Shown: positions 37,572 through 52,470, counted from the whole stretch's first letter. The stretch: 63,847 nt of DNA, filler included, from Octopus bimaculoides (GCF_001194135.2; 7 parts of 6 records of this genome joined end to end with filler, not necessarily neighbours in it), one strand, 5' to 3'. A program made the numbers and translations. The notes: a model not told the origin generated them from the letters alone.

Positions 37572-37803
37572 NNNNNNNNNNNNNNNNNNNNNNNNNNNNN
37601 NNNNNNNNNNNNNNNNNNNNNNNNNNNNNNNNNNNNNNNNNNNNNNNNNNNNNNNNNNNNNNNNNNNNNNNNNNNNNNNNNNNNNNNNNNNNNNNNNNNN
37701 NNNNNNNNNNNNNNNNNNNNNNNNNNNNNNNNNNNNNNNNNNNNNNNNNNNNNNNNNNNNNNNNNNNNNNNNNNNNNNNNNNNNNNNNNNNNNNNNNNNN
37801 NNN

Positions 37804-37846
<43 letters not shown>

Positions 37847-38059
37847 GCAAGAATTATATAATTTAGCAAAACTGATAAAAAGTGTACCGTGAACTTGCTG
37901 GAGGGACAGAAAAATCTGTTTCAAATATAGTCCTTCTTCAGGGAAAAGTTGACAAGAGAGAAATTACTGAAAAACAACAAAGTTTTACACCTTCTAAGTT
38001 AAAGGAAAAAAAATTGTCTGCAACTGCTACATAACACAGGACCATAAAAAACTTTATGT

Positions 38060-39530
38060 GTGAACAGGAAGTGGTAGGAGAGAGAAACAGGGTTAGAGAA
38101 TTAGAAGGAAAGGGGAATGGAATGAAGAGAAGAGAGTGAAGTCAAGAGTGAGGTGAACAGAAAAGATGAGGTGCAAATAGGATAAGAAATAGTTTAATGA
38201 ACTATGAGGAGGTGTAGGAGTAGAATGAAAATCATACATTTTAACCTGTTGGTGACATGGTACCAAGTCCAAATATGAAATGTTGTTCCCTCTGTTTCCT
38301 TCAAAGTGTGGATTCATGGTGTGTGCAGATACCTCACACTGAGTAATGGAGTGGCCTGTAGTGTTGAAGCAGGTGGCAACAGGTTGGCCCAGCATACTTT
38401 GTTGTGTGCTTTGAATATACTTTCAAAAGTGATCGGCAAAGTCAATAATGTTACAAAGTTAGTATAAGATACAATATATAAGATTGGACGATGTACAACA
38501 GAAGTTCTGAGTAATGTGAAATTGTGACTCAGGCCATGTGACAGTTATAGTGTTGGTAAATTGGGGGCAAATGTTGCATCATTAGAAAGTGCATTTAAAA
38601 GTGTGTAACTGCTCACTGAGGAGTTTTTTACTAGAAGACTTCTTTGGCTCCTATCTTTTTTGAAGGTAAGAGAAATGGTACAAGAAAGAGTGGAACAGTT
38701 GTGGGGTCAAAAAGTGGAATTCAGAAGTTGCAGTTGAGTTTCTCTTTCAATGGGAGGATGAATGGGCGGAAGATGAGAGCAGATGGAATACAGTGAATAG
38801 GTATGCATAAAGAGGGTAGAAGAGCTATGGCATGGTTAAGGGCCAGGGCCTGGCAGAGTGTTGGGTCCATAACTGATTATAGGTATCCTTGATCAGAGAA
38901 AAATTGTTGTGTTTTTTGGCATTGGGATTTGAAATCTGAATTGATGTTGCAGAGCTGGTGAAAGTGAAGGAATTGAATTGTATGGCAGAGGTTATGTGTT
39001 TGGGATGAGAAGAGAGTGGGGTTAGGAGTGGGAGCCAGTAGATTTGCAGTGAATGAAGATGGACAAGTGAATATTGTTTAGAGTGATGGAGACAGTGAGA
39101 AAACTAATGGAAGTATTGGATATGGTGGAGGTAAATTCTGAGGCATGGTGAAAACAGTTAGTAAAAGAGACAGAAAAATTGAGCTTTTGTTTGGTGAAGG
39201 TGGTGGCACTGACAGAGTCATCAATGTAATGACCATACAGCTTTGAGATGGATCTGGTGAACTGGGTAACGATTTGCTCTTCAATGTGGCCTATAAAAAA
39301 GTTGGTATAATAGTGGCGCAACCTAGTTTCCTTAGCAACTCTGTTGATATATTTGTAAAATTCACTAGAGGGAAAAAAACACAATTAAGGGTTAGTATAA
39401 ACTTAGCTAGGCAGAAGAGTGTAGTGGTGCTAAGTACAGGTTGGAGGCAATGGTCTAGCAAGTATTTAAGAGCTGATAGGCTATCGTTGTTGAGGATGAT
39501 AGTATAATGCTGATTGTGAAAAGGTGTAAA
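38060..39530 (-). mobile_element. Decayed PLE, RT plus C-terminal GIY-YIG
   Basis: FFIGHIEEQI..LYGHYIDD..FHHASEFT..SISFL (RT) and ITQNFCCTSSNLIYCI..QPVATCFNTTGHS (endonuclease). Confidence 0.85.
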
Positions 39531-40229
39531 ACTCTACTGTCTCTCATTAATTTCTCTTGTGTCACTTTTAGCTGAAGAACTCTGCTCAAAATGTTTATGT
39601 GTGTGTGATTTAGTTATAAGGATTCATTAGAATCAAGGTGCATCAACACCAGAAACGGCTAACTACAATAACATAGAGCTCACAGTGAAGTAAACAACAT
39701 TGACTATATTGAATGTTAGTGGGATACTGTACATATGCAAATACAAAATTCAGTTTAAACCATCCATTCAACTCTGGGGTTGGTCCTTGGTGTGACGCAG
39801 GTATAAAAGAATTAACACAAACAGCATTTAAAATTTATGACAATAGGTTCGATTAACTGAACATGAATTATATGCTTAATATATAGCTATAGTTGTAAGG
39901 AAATTTCATTTCCTCAAAATACTAGTGATGGGGAAGTGGACATACACCATCCTGTGTATTCAAATTCCGTACATTAAATTTCTTAAGGAAGAAAACGGAA
40001 TGCAGACTCTAAACTAAACAGCACAACAAATATCTTATTACAGCAGAAATCCGCTGACACTAGGGGGGGACTCGGTAGCATGTCGCCTTTTGGTTGGAAG
40101 TCATTTCTCTTCTCTCTGGTTATCTATGTGGATCCATTCTAGAGTTGACAGAGAGCTGCTATTGCGATGTCTAGCTTCCACGAAGTCCAGTGAGCAAAAG
40201 GGGTAGAGAGACGCGGGAACGCTTGGATA

Positions 40230-40348
40230 TTGGATGACCACGCATGCGCATGAGGGACTTCCGGCATTCTTTCCAGAAGTCCCTGCGCATGCATGGATAA
40301 ACTCTCCAAAATGGCAACTGGTATTAGGCGCCACTACACTAGGTATAG
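40230..40348 (+). promoter_or_regulatory. CpG-rich promoter-like island with possible first coding exon (ATG 40311, donor GT 40343)
   Basis: NRF1-like CGCATGCGCA at 40241 and TGCGCATGCA at 40284, ETS ACTTCCGG at 40257, and YY1/Kozak-like AAAATGGC at 40308. Reads MATGIRRHYT-AG|GTATAG. Confidence 0.4.
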
Positions 40349-40407
40349 AACCAGTGTTGCTTTGGATGTAACCATCCCTTTATGAGGTTAACATATCCTC
40401 TAAGCCA

Positions 40408-40480
40408 GTGCGACTCAAAGTGGTGGTCCGTGGACTGGTGCTGATCCATGAGCCATCAGCTGCTGGTACGTGGAGTGTCT
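40408..40480 (+). mobile_element. Probable hAT/Charlie-like MITE 5' end
   Basis: CAGTGCGACTCAAAGTGGTGGTCCGTGGAC resembles hAT MITE termini. No second end was found. Confidence 0.35.
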
Positions 40481-40579
40481 AGAAAAGAAAGAAACATTAT
40501 AAAATACTAATAAAATGCTTATGTAATATTGTATTATTTGTTTACAATACAAGATAAAAAAATTGTCAACTTTTATTAT

Positions 40580-40745
40580 AGGCGTAGGAGTGGGTGTGTG
40601 GTAAGTAGCTTGATTACGAACCACATGGTTCTGGGTTTAGTCCCACTGCATGGCATCTTGGGTAAGTGTCTTCTACTATAGCCTCGGGCCGACCAAAGCC
40701 TTGTGTGTGGATTTGGTAGATGAAAACTGAAAGAAGTCCGTCGTA
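40580..40745 (+). mobile_element. SINE family A, 5' half
   Basis: Match to 26920-27085. Confidence 0.85.
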
Positions 40746-40888
40746 TATATGTATATATATATATATNNNNNNNNNNNNNNNNNNNNNNNNNNNNNNNNNN
40801 NNNNNNNNNNTTAATTAATTAANNNNNNNNNNNNNNNNNNNNNNNNNNNNNNNNNNNNNNNNNNNNAATATTTCACTTCATCTAAAGA

Positions 40889-41520
40889 TGGCGAGCTGGC
40901 AGAATCGTTAGCACGCCGGGTGAAATGCTTAGCGGTATTTTGTCTGCCGTTACGTTCTGAGTTCAAATTCCGCCGAGGTCGACTTTGCCTTTCATCCTTT
41001 CGGGGTCGATAAATTAAGTACCAGTCATGCACTGGGGTCGATGTAATCGACTTAATCCCTTGGTTGTCCCCTCTATGTTTAGCCCCTTGTGAGCAATAAA
41101 GAAATAAGAATCGTTAGTACGCCGGGCAAAATGCTTAGCGTTCATCTTTACGTTCTGAGTTCAATTTCCGCCGAGGTTGACTTTGCATTTCATCTTTTTG
41201 AGGTCGATAAAATAAGTACCAGTTGAACACTGGGTCGATATAATCGGCTTACTATCCCCACCAAAATTGCTAGCCTTGTGCCAAAATTTGAAAGCAATAT
41301 TTTACTTCACTAAAGACGGCAAGCTAGCTGAATTGTTAGCACATCGGACAAAATACTTAGCGGCATTTCGTCCAACTTCACGTTCTGAGGTCAAATTCTG
41401 CCGAGGTCCATTTTACCTTTCATCCTTTCTGGGTCTATAAAACAAGTACCATTTGAGTACTAGGGCGTCGCTGTAATCCTGAAATTGCTGACCTTGTGCC
41501 AGAATTTGAAACCAACATTT
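40889..41520 (+). mobile_element. Three tandem SINE family B copies
   Basis: Heads at about 40889, 41108 and 41317, each with GAGGT(C/T)..TTTCATC..GTCGATAAA..AGTACCA. Confidence 0.85.
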
Positions 41521-41529
41521 CATTTCACT

Positions 41530-41935
41530 CATTCTTTTATTTTTGTTTTACTTGTTTTAGTCATTGGACTGCGGCCATGCTGGGGCACCAATTTGAAGGG
41601 TTTAGTGGAACAAATCTGTTTGTGTATTCATTATTTTAAAGTCTGAAATTTATTCTATCAGATTACTATTGCCGAACCGCTAGGTTACAGGAAGTAAACA
41701 AATCGAACCGGTTATCAAGCGGTGGGAACGACAAACACAAAGACACACACACACGTCCTCACACACACATACAATGGTTCCCACACGGTTTCTGTCGACC
41801 AAGTTCACTCAAAAGGCATTGTCCAGCCCAGGGCTTTAGTAGACACTTGCCGCACAGTGGGACTGAACTCAAAAACACGTGGCTATAAAGTGAGCTTATT
41901 AACCCTACAGCCACGCCTGTGCCTGCACTTATTAA
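41530..41935 (-). mobile_element. SINE family A, diverged
   Basis: Reverse-complement match to the tail and head. Confidence 0.75.
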
Positions 41936-42920
41936 TTTCAATCACCCTTTCCTTATCGAACCGTTGCTTGCAATTTATTTCTCCATATAAGAAGAATTGC
42001 AAATGCTTGTAATCTAGTGACCATGGTGTTGTGTTTATGGTTGTAATATTGTGGCTTCGATTTCTGGACCAGGCGGCATAGCATCTTGAAAGCAAGAAAA
42101 GACATTTCATTTCACGTCAGTCCAGTTTATTTGACTGAACACTCAAACAGGATACGACCTACACTGGCTAACTACGAAAGCTGGATTCTGTGTGTGCAGC
42201 TGATGAAGCATAAATACGCAGATGCAGTGTCCCACGGGCCAGCTCGGTGTGCTTTCTATACATTGTCTATAAGCAAAAATTCCTTCCCTCGGAGGTTACT
42301 GTAGCGAAGATTTTTCCACGTTTGAGTAAATGAACACATGAAGTATAAATATACGCAGCTTTATGCTAATTATTGCTCGTATGTGTGTATTCCGTAATTA
42401 ATTCCAACATGACAAAGCTTTGCACCCACCAGCATATTTATTATTCGTTGTTCACATGTAACAATGGCAGTTTTTAGAGAGTTATGTACGACGGAATTGG
42501 TGTTTGTTCTCTGATGACACATTATGACGCAGAAACATGTGTCGGACAGTCCGATGATATTATTCATACACCAGCTTGGTGTGTTTTCACATACATTGTC
42601 TGAGGAAGATTTCCTCTTCCCAAACGGTTACACGCCGAAGTGCACACGAACGTATTATGTATGAATGTATGCACATTTATTATATAACAAAATCATCTGG
42701 TCTTTTGCTACTCAAAGCATAGTCAAACTTTATTATAGAAGAAGATACCACTATCACGTAAGAGACAAACTGCAACCATTACATCTGAGAGTAAGTTTGA
42801 TTGCATTGCGTAATTAAACTCTATCAATCTGGTGTTGCATCTTATGGTTGTTATATCTTACATATGTTAATGTTGTGTAACACACACGCACGCGCACGCG
42901 CACACACACACACACACGCG

Positions 42921-42965
<45 letters not shown>

Positions 42966-43051
42966 AGTCATTCATATACGTATACATTTATAGATATGCT
43001 CCTGCATATGTCTATAAATATGTAAAAATATATATTTACGTATATATATTT

Positions 43052-43105
<54 letters not shown>

Positions 43106-44096
43106 CACACACATATATATATACACACACATATATATGTATGTAAATATTATACATATATTTATATATGTGTACATATATTTGCATATTTACATATGCG
43201 TATATGTATATGTTTATGCATAAACACGATTGCGCACAACGAATGAGATAGCGTTAGAGCAAAACATACAGGCATGTATATAAATCGACGTTATTATATT
43301 TCAATTCTTTCTTAGATCCTAGAAGTAGTAAGGAAACGCTCGTGTGCCCCAATAATCGCCATATCAAGGAATTCCCCAAAGAAGCGCTGCCAAGTAATTG
43401 CCAATGTTGTTATTTGACTTCCAGTGATGCGTGTAAACTGGAATAACGTTACATAGACAGATGAAGCAGCTTTTAATAATTCTCACTCCCACTTCTCAAT
43501 CTATTTATCTAGCACCATTAGTAAAACAATTCCTTTCTTTCTCTCTCTTTATCTCCCGACGAAGGTTTTTGCCCGAAACGTTAAACCGCTCTCTTGCAGC
43601 ATAAAAATGTGTTCTACTGGTTACATTTTTTTTTAGTTTTGTTTCACAATTCAAGTTCGGTATTGTATATAATTACATGTACGTATATACTTAACAACGA
43701 AGGAGCTTCTTTGTAGTCGCCAAATTTGTTAGAAATAACAGCTAAAAACACGTTGCAAAAAAGTCTAATCTTGTAATGGTCGTGACGAGAGCGCTTTTGA
43801 TCATACATCTATTTAAGCATGGCCGTTCTGAACACAACTTTCCTTGAAGTCCAGGAAAGATACTTCTCCAGGGTCGTAACATGTGGTAGAAATAGGAGCT
43901 AAATGCAATTGACGTCCTATCCTAGGACGAATTGGATAATGTAGCTAGAGGTAGGCTAAGTGTCCGGAATAAGAATTATATATGGAGAGTTATGGGTGGA
44001 TTGGTTTTGATCAACACTCGACTCGAACTTGGTGGACTAGGGATTAAATAACAACGCATGTATACTTGTATGTATGTATGGGTATGCATTTACGTA

Positions 44097-44131
<35 letters not shown>

Positions 44132-45031
44132 ACATATGAGTATGTGTGTATGTATATATGTATGTGTTTTTGTTTATGTATGCATGTATATATTATGTGT
44201 GTATGTATATAAACAACGTGTACATGCAATGGATAGATGGTGATGTTAAGTCGTGTGAGATTGTTATGACTATCACCCGAGATGACTACGGCAGGATTTG
44301 AACACGGAATTTAAGGAACAGGAACAAATAACGCGAATCATATTGACCGACGCACTATTAGTTCTGCCAGTACATATTCCTAGTTCTGTCAGTACATATT
44401 CGTTATATATCGAATCCAGAAAGATTTTAAAAAATCAAAGTCGACCATAGCGTGATTTAAACTCATGTCGCAAGGAACCATAAACATGCAGAGAAGCAAT
44501 TCATCCAACGCTCAAGCAGTTCTGCCAAAATGCCATCTTAGATGGTAATTTACTTATCAATGTAAGAAAGACAAAATCAAAATTGACCTCAGCCGACTTT
44601 GAACACAGAACGCAATAAGCGGACGGGAAACAATTATGTAAAGCCTTTTGTCCGGTGCTCTAAAGTTTCTGCCAATTGGTCCGTTATAGATACCCGTTGC
44701 AGAGCTTATCCAGAAATGAACGAGAGATGAAATTTTTCGAAGAGATAAGGCTGAAAGAGAGAGAGAGAAAGAGAGCAAGAGAGAATGAGAGAGGGAAAGC
44801 GAGAGTGGGAGGGAGAGAGATAGAGATGAGTCAGATAAAATAGAAGCTGGCAATAAATTAAGGGTGAAAGAGGGGTGGATGTTGCCAAAGATGTACTCTG
44901 CCAGGTAAATGAGGGAACCATTCGATAAATAAAGAATATAATTGAAAGAAGAGTTGAGTATCAAAAGAAACACGGCATCAGTTCAGCACAAAGAAACTCC
45001 ACCTACTCTCAGAGGACTAGAATGTACACAC

Positions 45032-45081
<50 letters not shown>

Positions 45082-48000
45082 NNNNNNNNNNNNNNNNNNN
45101 NNNNNNNNNNNNNNNNNNNNNNNNNNNNNNNNNNNNNNNNNNNNNNNNNNNNNNNNNNNNNNNNNNNNNNNNNNNNNNNNNNNNNNNNNNNNNNNNNNNN
45201 NNNNNNNNNNNNNNNNNNNNNNNNNNNNNNNNNNNNNNNNNNNNNNNNNNNNNNNNNNNNNNNNNNNNNNNNNNNNNNNNNNNNNNNNNNNNNNNNNNNN
45301 NNNNNNNNNNNNNNNNNNNNNNNNNNNNNNNNNNNNNNNNNNNNNNNNNNNNNNNNNNNNNNNNNNNNNNNNNNNNNNNNNNNNNNNNNNNNNNNNNNNN
45401 NNNNNNNNNNNNNNNNNNNNNNNNNNNNNNNNNNNNNNNNNNNNNNNNNNNNNNNNNNNNNNNNNNNNNNNNNNNNNNNNNNNNNNNNNNNNNNNNNNNN
45501 NNNNNNNNNNNNNNNNNNNNNNNNNNNNNNNNNNNNNNNNNNNNNNNNNNNNNNNNNNNNNNNNNNNNNNNNNNNNNNNNNNNNNNNNNNNNNNNNNNNN
45601 NNNNNNNATATATATATATATATATATATACACACTCACACACGTTCATGTAGAGGTTCTCTCACACGCATTCGCTCTCATATATTTGTGATTTACATAT
45701 GTACGATTACACACGGATTAACGAATGTATATATATAAACGTACATAAATATACACATAAGTACGCATGCATTCACGCAAACATATGCATAGATTCACAG
45801 TAGCACACACATACACTCACACTCATACACAGATACATAAATACATGAGAAACAGGGATGGAGCTTACACACACACACACACATACACACGATCATACAT
45901 ATATTTGTATCAATATACACAAAGCAGCTCATGCAGAAAAGATATATATACACACACATACATGCGCATCCTACACTTACCCTCTTAAACGTAAATATGT
46001 AGAGAGACTATATAAACATATACAATTACTTATATATATATATAGATTCTCTCTCACACACACAAACATACACACACACACACACTCACACACTCACATA
46101 CATACACACACACGCACGCGCAATGTTGTGTACGAACAAAGACACGTTTAGGGAACACACACAGAGTTAAACAAACAATACCGCTTACGTATACGTATAA
46201 ACATTTATACAAATGCTTACCACACACACACACACNNNNNNNNNNNNNNNNNNNNNNNNNNNNNNNNNNNNNNNNNNNNTTAATTAATTAANNNNNNNNN
46301 NNNNNNNNNNNNNNNNNNNNNNNNNNNNNNNNNNNGTCGACCACTAACGTGGACAATTAATGCGCTAGAAATAGATCACATCTTGTGTCTATTAAGACCT
46401 AAAAAGTTCTCAACATGAAATATAGCAGCATACCAAAAACGTGAGCGGGCAAGACACTTAAAATCACCTAAAAAAATCATTATTAAACAGGAACCAGGTT
46501 TCGGATTTAACAAATTCTTACCATTTGTCTATTCCTCATCAGCCTGATTTGTAATGTAGCAGCAATTATCAGAATCGTATACATAGTTGCCCACCGCCAT
46601 GGGTGCGCGTGCATATGGTTCTGCTAATTACAGCTTAATGGTAAAATTCAAAAGTCTTCGTTTTGGCGCGCTAATTCCAGGAATATAACTAACTGTTATT
46701 TACATCCTTTCCTTCTATTTCTTTCACTTTCTACTTTCATATTTCACATAATTTACAGTAAGAAGTTACGTAACATGCGATATTGGCTATATATCGTAGC
46801 TTAATATTCAAGAATAATTTTTACGTCGCTTTCACTATATTGGCATATATTGTGAAATATTGCTTAGACCGTAACGTCGTATACCTGAAGAACATGCAGG
46901 AGGTTTCATACAATGAATGGCTTTGATCAGTATTTCGCTTTTTCTGAGGCTATCCGTGTGTACAAAACAATATATATTCAAATAAATGAACCTGCTTAGT
47001 TTTCAACAGTTAACTCAAAATGACTGATAGAATTGCAGAGTTAGTTAGTATTTCGCATAGAGGTAATCTTCATGTAGCAGCATTGTGATGCAGAGAAAGA
47101 CAACATGCTCATTAGGAAAATACCAAGAAAAACGTCGCAAAGAAAAGGATTAACATAGATTTTATCATTACCGTGTAAATTGTAAAGTTACTGCACATCT
47201 TTGATGGATCACATTTGTTGGATCACATTTCTACTCATTGCTGCATAAAGAGAGAAACAAGTTTTTATCACCGAATGCTGCAAAGAATTAAGCTGGAATG
47301 TAACGAAATTCTGAAGTTAAATTCCTGCGCCTATCAACACTTCAAAATCATTGTTTTAGCACGTCTCGAAGGTTTCTGTCGCGCAATTTCATATATTCTG
47401 TGGTTTCCTCGCTTCCAAGTTACCAGGAAAAATCTTAAGTTGACAAGAAACGCAAGGAATGCTTTACATCTTGCCAGCATCTGAAATATTACATACGCGG
47501 GTGGCTGCGCGAGAATATCACTAACTAATGAAAGCAGGAGTTATAAGATAGTAGTAGTCCACAAACATCATTTTATTTATCGATCTCGGAGTATCGGCTT
47601 CAACGCGAATGAAACTCAGAATACAGCAACACATATTTTATTTGATTCCTACATATTCTTGTAAAAGATAATTCTGATATATGGAGTGTATTATTCAAAT
47701 TTAGGAGTATATTTCCTACATAAAATAGGGATGAAAATCAAAATCTTTCTTCGGACTTCTTAAACATTTTTTTTTTGCTTATTCTATAAATAAATTGTGT
47801 TTTACAAAAGAATGATTGATTGCTTATTCCCATCAAATTTACATAAGTATTGGTGTAACTGCTTAATAAACAGACGTCTGCAAATTCAGGAAATTAACTC
47901 TGTAAATATTTAATTCATGATTCATTCAGATAAATGTCATATAATACAGACAATTGACTGCTTCTTATGTCTAATTCAGGAACTCATTACTTTTGAATTA

Positions 48001-49450
48001 AATTATCAGTCAAATGAAGTTTGCCTTTTTATAACTTACAAGAAAACTAAGAATATTCTGTATAAAGTCTCTAATTGACTAGCTAAAGTTAAAACTGAAA
48101 ACATTTAACAGCTCAAAGATATTTAGATAAGTATAAAATTACGCCGAAGTTGTTCTATGCTGAGGCAAAGACTTGAAGAGTATTAGTTGAACAAAATGAC
48201 ATTAGTATTTCCCATAACGTAGCGCATCTCCTTTGGCGATGCGCTAGGTTGTGGGAAGGTAAACAAATCCAAAATGGTTTTCGAGCAGTTGGTTCAAGTA
48301 GAAACGCAAACACGCATAGTCATATACATATAACGTACAAATACTCGAACGAGGAATTTTAGGCGGGCAGTTTAAACCGATCGTGTGCATACGTGCATAT
48401 ATGTGTGTGTATACGTGCGTATATGTAAGTATTCGTATGTTGCATACACACACACACATACACACACACACACACTCACACACCCACACACACACACACA
48501 CATACATATATATATNNNNNNNNNNNNNNNNNNNNNNNNNNNNNNNNNNNNNNNNNNNNNNNNNNNNNNNNNNNNNNNNNNNNNNNNNNNNNNNNNNNNN
48601 NNNNNNNNNNNNNNNNNNNNNNNNNNNNNNNNNNNNNNNNNNNNNNNNNNNNNNNNNNNNNNNNNNNNNNNNNNNNNNNNNNNNNNNNNNNNNNNNNNNN
48701 NNNNNNNNNNNNNNNNNNNNNNNNNNNNNNNNNNNNNNNNNNNNNNNNNNNNNNNNNNNNNNNNNNNNNNNNNNNNNNNNNNNNNNNNNNNNNNNNNNNN
48801 NNNNNNNNNNNNNNNNNNNNNNNNNNNNNNNNNNNNNNNNNNNNNNNNNNNNNNNNNNNNNNNNNNNNNNNNNNNNNNNNNNNNNNNNNNNNNNNNNNNN
48901 NNNNNNNNNNNNNNNNNNNNNNNNNNNNNNNNNNNNNNNNNNNNNNNNNNNNNNNNNNNNNNNNNNNNTGTGTACACACATTATTATTTTTGTTACTATT
49001 ACTACATTATATTATATTAAACTATATTATATAGCACGTCAAGTAGACAACTAACTGGGTAATCTGAAGCATGTGAAATCTAAATTGAACTGTTCAGATA
49101 CATATCAAGGCATCAAATCTAAAATAAGACACCGTGGTATTATGCCTTTACTGAATTCATTTGTAAGTTATCTATTTCTCTAATAGATATTTAACATTTA
49201 TTGGTAACTAGGTAATACAAATACTGATATTTTTCATGTCTTATAATTCGGTTTAAGCATTCCTATCTCTCGACTACGTGTATACAGTTGCTGGAAATGA
49301 ATTAATTTCCACAAGTCTAATAGTTCCAGAGTAAAATGATAAACATCATTCATTTGATGACGTTATACATTTTAAAATTATATTTATTCGTAATTCTTAA
49401 TATATCACAATGGACAATTTCATATATAGCAACGCTTGAAATATAAGGTG

Positions 49451-49484
<34 letters not shown>

Positions 49485-52329
49485 CTTGACATGTAATTTT
49501 TATTGTTGTGTATTTTCGTATATGTTCCGAAGTTTCGTTTCATCAGCGTAAATATAAAGCCGATGCTTGTTACTATGATAAATTAGAGTACGTGGTTTGG
49601 AACCTAGATTTTGATTTATAACATCTCCAAGGATTAGTTTCAGTTGAAATTTCCTTCTACATATATCAAAGAGACAAATTATTGAGATTTGAAAGAACAA
49701 AAACGATATAGTTTTTCTCAAAGCCAATAGATACAAGTATTAAAAACGATAAGATTGTTAGACTGGAACTATATTTTCCAACATATTTTTATCTAATGTT
49801 TTACAAGCAATTAATAGAAACAGTTCCATATACGGAAACCTTAAGATTAATATGCTTCAGTATATTAGTGAATGACATGCTACAACTTTTGATTTATATT
49901 TTAATTCACATTAATCTGCTAAATAGAACGTATCATATTCAACTGGTTAGCTCTATACTCACACTTATAATGTAAGCAGCTATGAATTTTTTTTATTTAA
50001 TACTACACTATTCTTGTGGAGAAATAATGCGTAACTTTAGGGATTAAATCCTTTCGTGGACAGCACGAAGAATCTAATCATCCACACACTTAAATGTTGA
50101 GACTAATCTCCCTTGCGTTTAATGGACACACTTCATTATTTTAATTATTCTATCTTCTCATCTCCTAGGTAATCTTATTTAATTATACTGCTGTGAGTTA
50201 ATATATGAATGTGTTTATATCAATCTTAGTATCGGGTTTCATGTAAAATGTGTGCTGCAATATTTTATCATCTGTACATGTTTCATGGATAATATGTTAT
50301 GCTTGGTCTTTGAAATATCTGAGAGTATTGTAATGGGCCTGTTTTATCGGGTTAGTTTGCAACTGAACATGTTTCCAATTGTCTCAAATGTGTAATTTGT
50401 AGAATATATCTCACTACATTTTCTGAGATATTAGCATAGTTAAAGGATGTGCTTCTTTCATTGAGGCAGTTTTACATTGCCCGGTGAGCATCGTCCATAA
50501 TGATAAATGACAACCAGATTGTGGAATGCAATCTGTGATTCATTAGTGTTTTTCCAATATAGAATAGCTGTTGCTGGTACATTTTCGATCATAGGCGTTC
50601 TCTAACAGTTTGCATCATTAAATTAAAAAAACCACAAACCATATTTTACTCTGCACATACTTGCTTTAAACATATGACAATAAAATATTACAAGCTATTC
50701 TCAATTCGCACATTTCTCGTTTATTTCTAAATCATTTAATATGTCTTCTGAGAACAATTTTCATGGATATCATTAAATATTCATATAATAACCTCATCCC
50801 GATAGCATCAAGAGATGCAGTCAAGCAGATTTTTTAAATGAAATTTGTAAAATATGTTTTGTTTTTGTATTTGTTGTTTGTGTTTTGAAAAAATATATTA
50901 TATATTGGGTCATTGTCTCAATAATAAACACACGTACCACGTACTGTGTCTGTTTCAGATCTTTACTTTTATTTGTCAACTGAATGACCTACTCACCATT
51001 ATCCAGTTTTCTCAAAGTCTATTTGTTACTATTGAAAATCTCACTAATGACATATTTTACGTCCGCCAGGTTTGATTCCATGTTCTCTCTCTCGCTCTCT
51101 CAGTATATATTTTAACAGCACTTTCTAACAAAATGCAAACTATCCGAATTGGGAAATATTTAACGTTTTAAAATGACCAGATTAGAACTTACCTTTTGGA
51201 AGAGGGACTTAAATTTCTTAAATATGCTTTTATGAAGTACAACGAAGCCAAACTAGAAATATATTTCTCTTAACTAAATTACAACTAGATGCTTAATTGT
51301 AAAACAAATGGTATAATTGATTTAATGATAAAGTAAAGACTTCTATAACCATCCTTGCAGCTCAAAATGTTAGAGTTGTATTATTGTAATATAAGCATTG
51401 TTTTATAACGTTGGGTTTTGCTGTTTCATGTTGCCTAGAGAATAACATTCTCCAATACTGGAATATTATTAAATATTGTTATTGATAGGAAGTACTATTA
51501 GTTTTTTTCTAAATAATGGTCGTTTTGTTTTTCAGCAGACACACTACTTATTTTAACATATTAGACAACAGCATAAAAACAATTTGCTCACTGAAGCATA
51601 TCTACGCTTGATATATATATANNNNNNNNNNNNNNNNNNNNNNNNNNNNNNNNNNNNNNNNNNNNNNNNNNNNNNNNNNNNNNNNNNNNNNNNNNNNNNN
51701 NNNNNNNNNNNNNNNNNNNNNNNNNNNNNNNNNNNNNNNNNNNNNNNNNNNNNNNNNNNNNNNNNNNNNNNNNNNNNNNNNNNNNNNNNNATATATATAC
51801 ACAAGGCAATTGCAATGAATACGGAGAGTAATACGTATGTGCATGTAATTATTTTACAGTTAAATAGACAACATATTTGTTTAAATCTGTCTGGAATATG
51901 TTTATGTTGCATAGAGATCTCGCAATTACATTTGCACCAACTTTCATTCACTTGGTTATGAGTTGAGTCTATCCAGCTTTATTCAAGTCACTGATATTTG
52001 CTATAAAAATCTCTAGTCTATACAAAGAAGAAGATATTAATTAACAGCTAGAAAATATATTATTGAATTGGAGAAAAAGTACTGGGTAAGAAAGGATAGC
52101 TCCGATATGTTCGACATTGCAATGAGATAAAAAAAAAAGTAAGTATTGATATCCTTTTGTGCATAGGTAATGAATTTCCGCCAATGGTGGGAGGAAAATA
52201 GAGGGATGACGCTCAATTTACATGAAATAAATCTAACAATATTAAATTAGATAAATATAAGAAAAAGTTATTTAAATTTTTCAACGGGTAAGGATTATCT
52301 ATCTCCATACTAAAATATATTAATTAAAC

Positions 52330-52470
52330 ATCTTAGATGTTACCTTGGATTTGGGTACAGGTGAATATCACCCATACCACAAACCCAAATATAACATGAA
52401 GTATATCAATTTTAAACTCATCGTCTCCAAAATAACGCTGAAAATATACTCAAAGACATTTCCACCCGCA
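52330..52470 (+). mobile_element. PLE RT-thumb fragment
   Basis: LDVTLDLGTGEYHPYHKPKYNMKYIN. Confidence 0.65.

Noticed and set aside
40101-40334. 77-aa minus-strand ORF over the GC island
   Set aside because: No recognisable motif; it is expected by chance in GC-rich sequence.
43555-43590. Hammerhead-like CCGACGAAGG..CCCGAAACGTT
   Set aside because: The core U4 is mutated and stems I and II do not pair convincingly.
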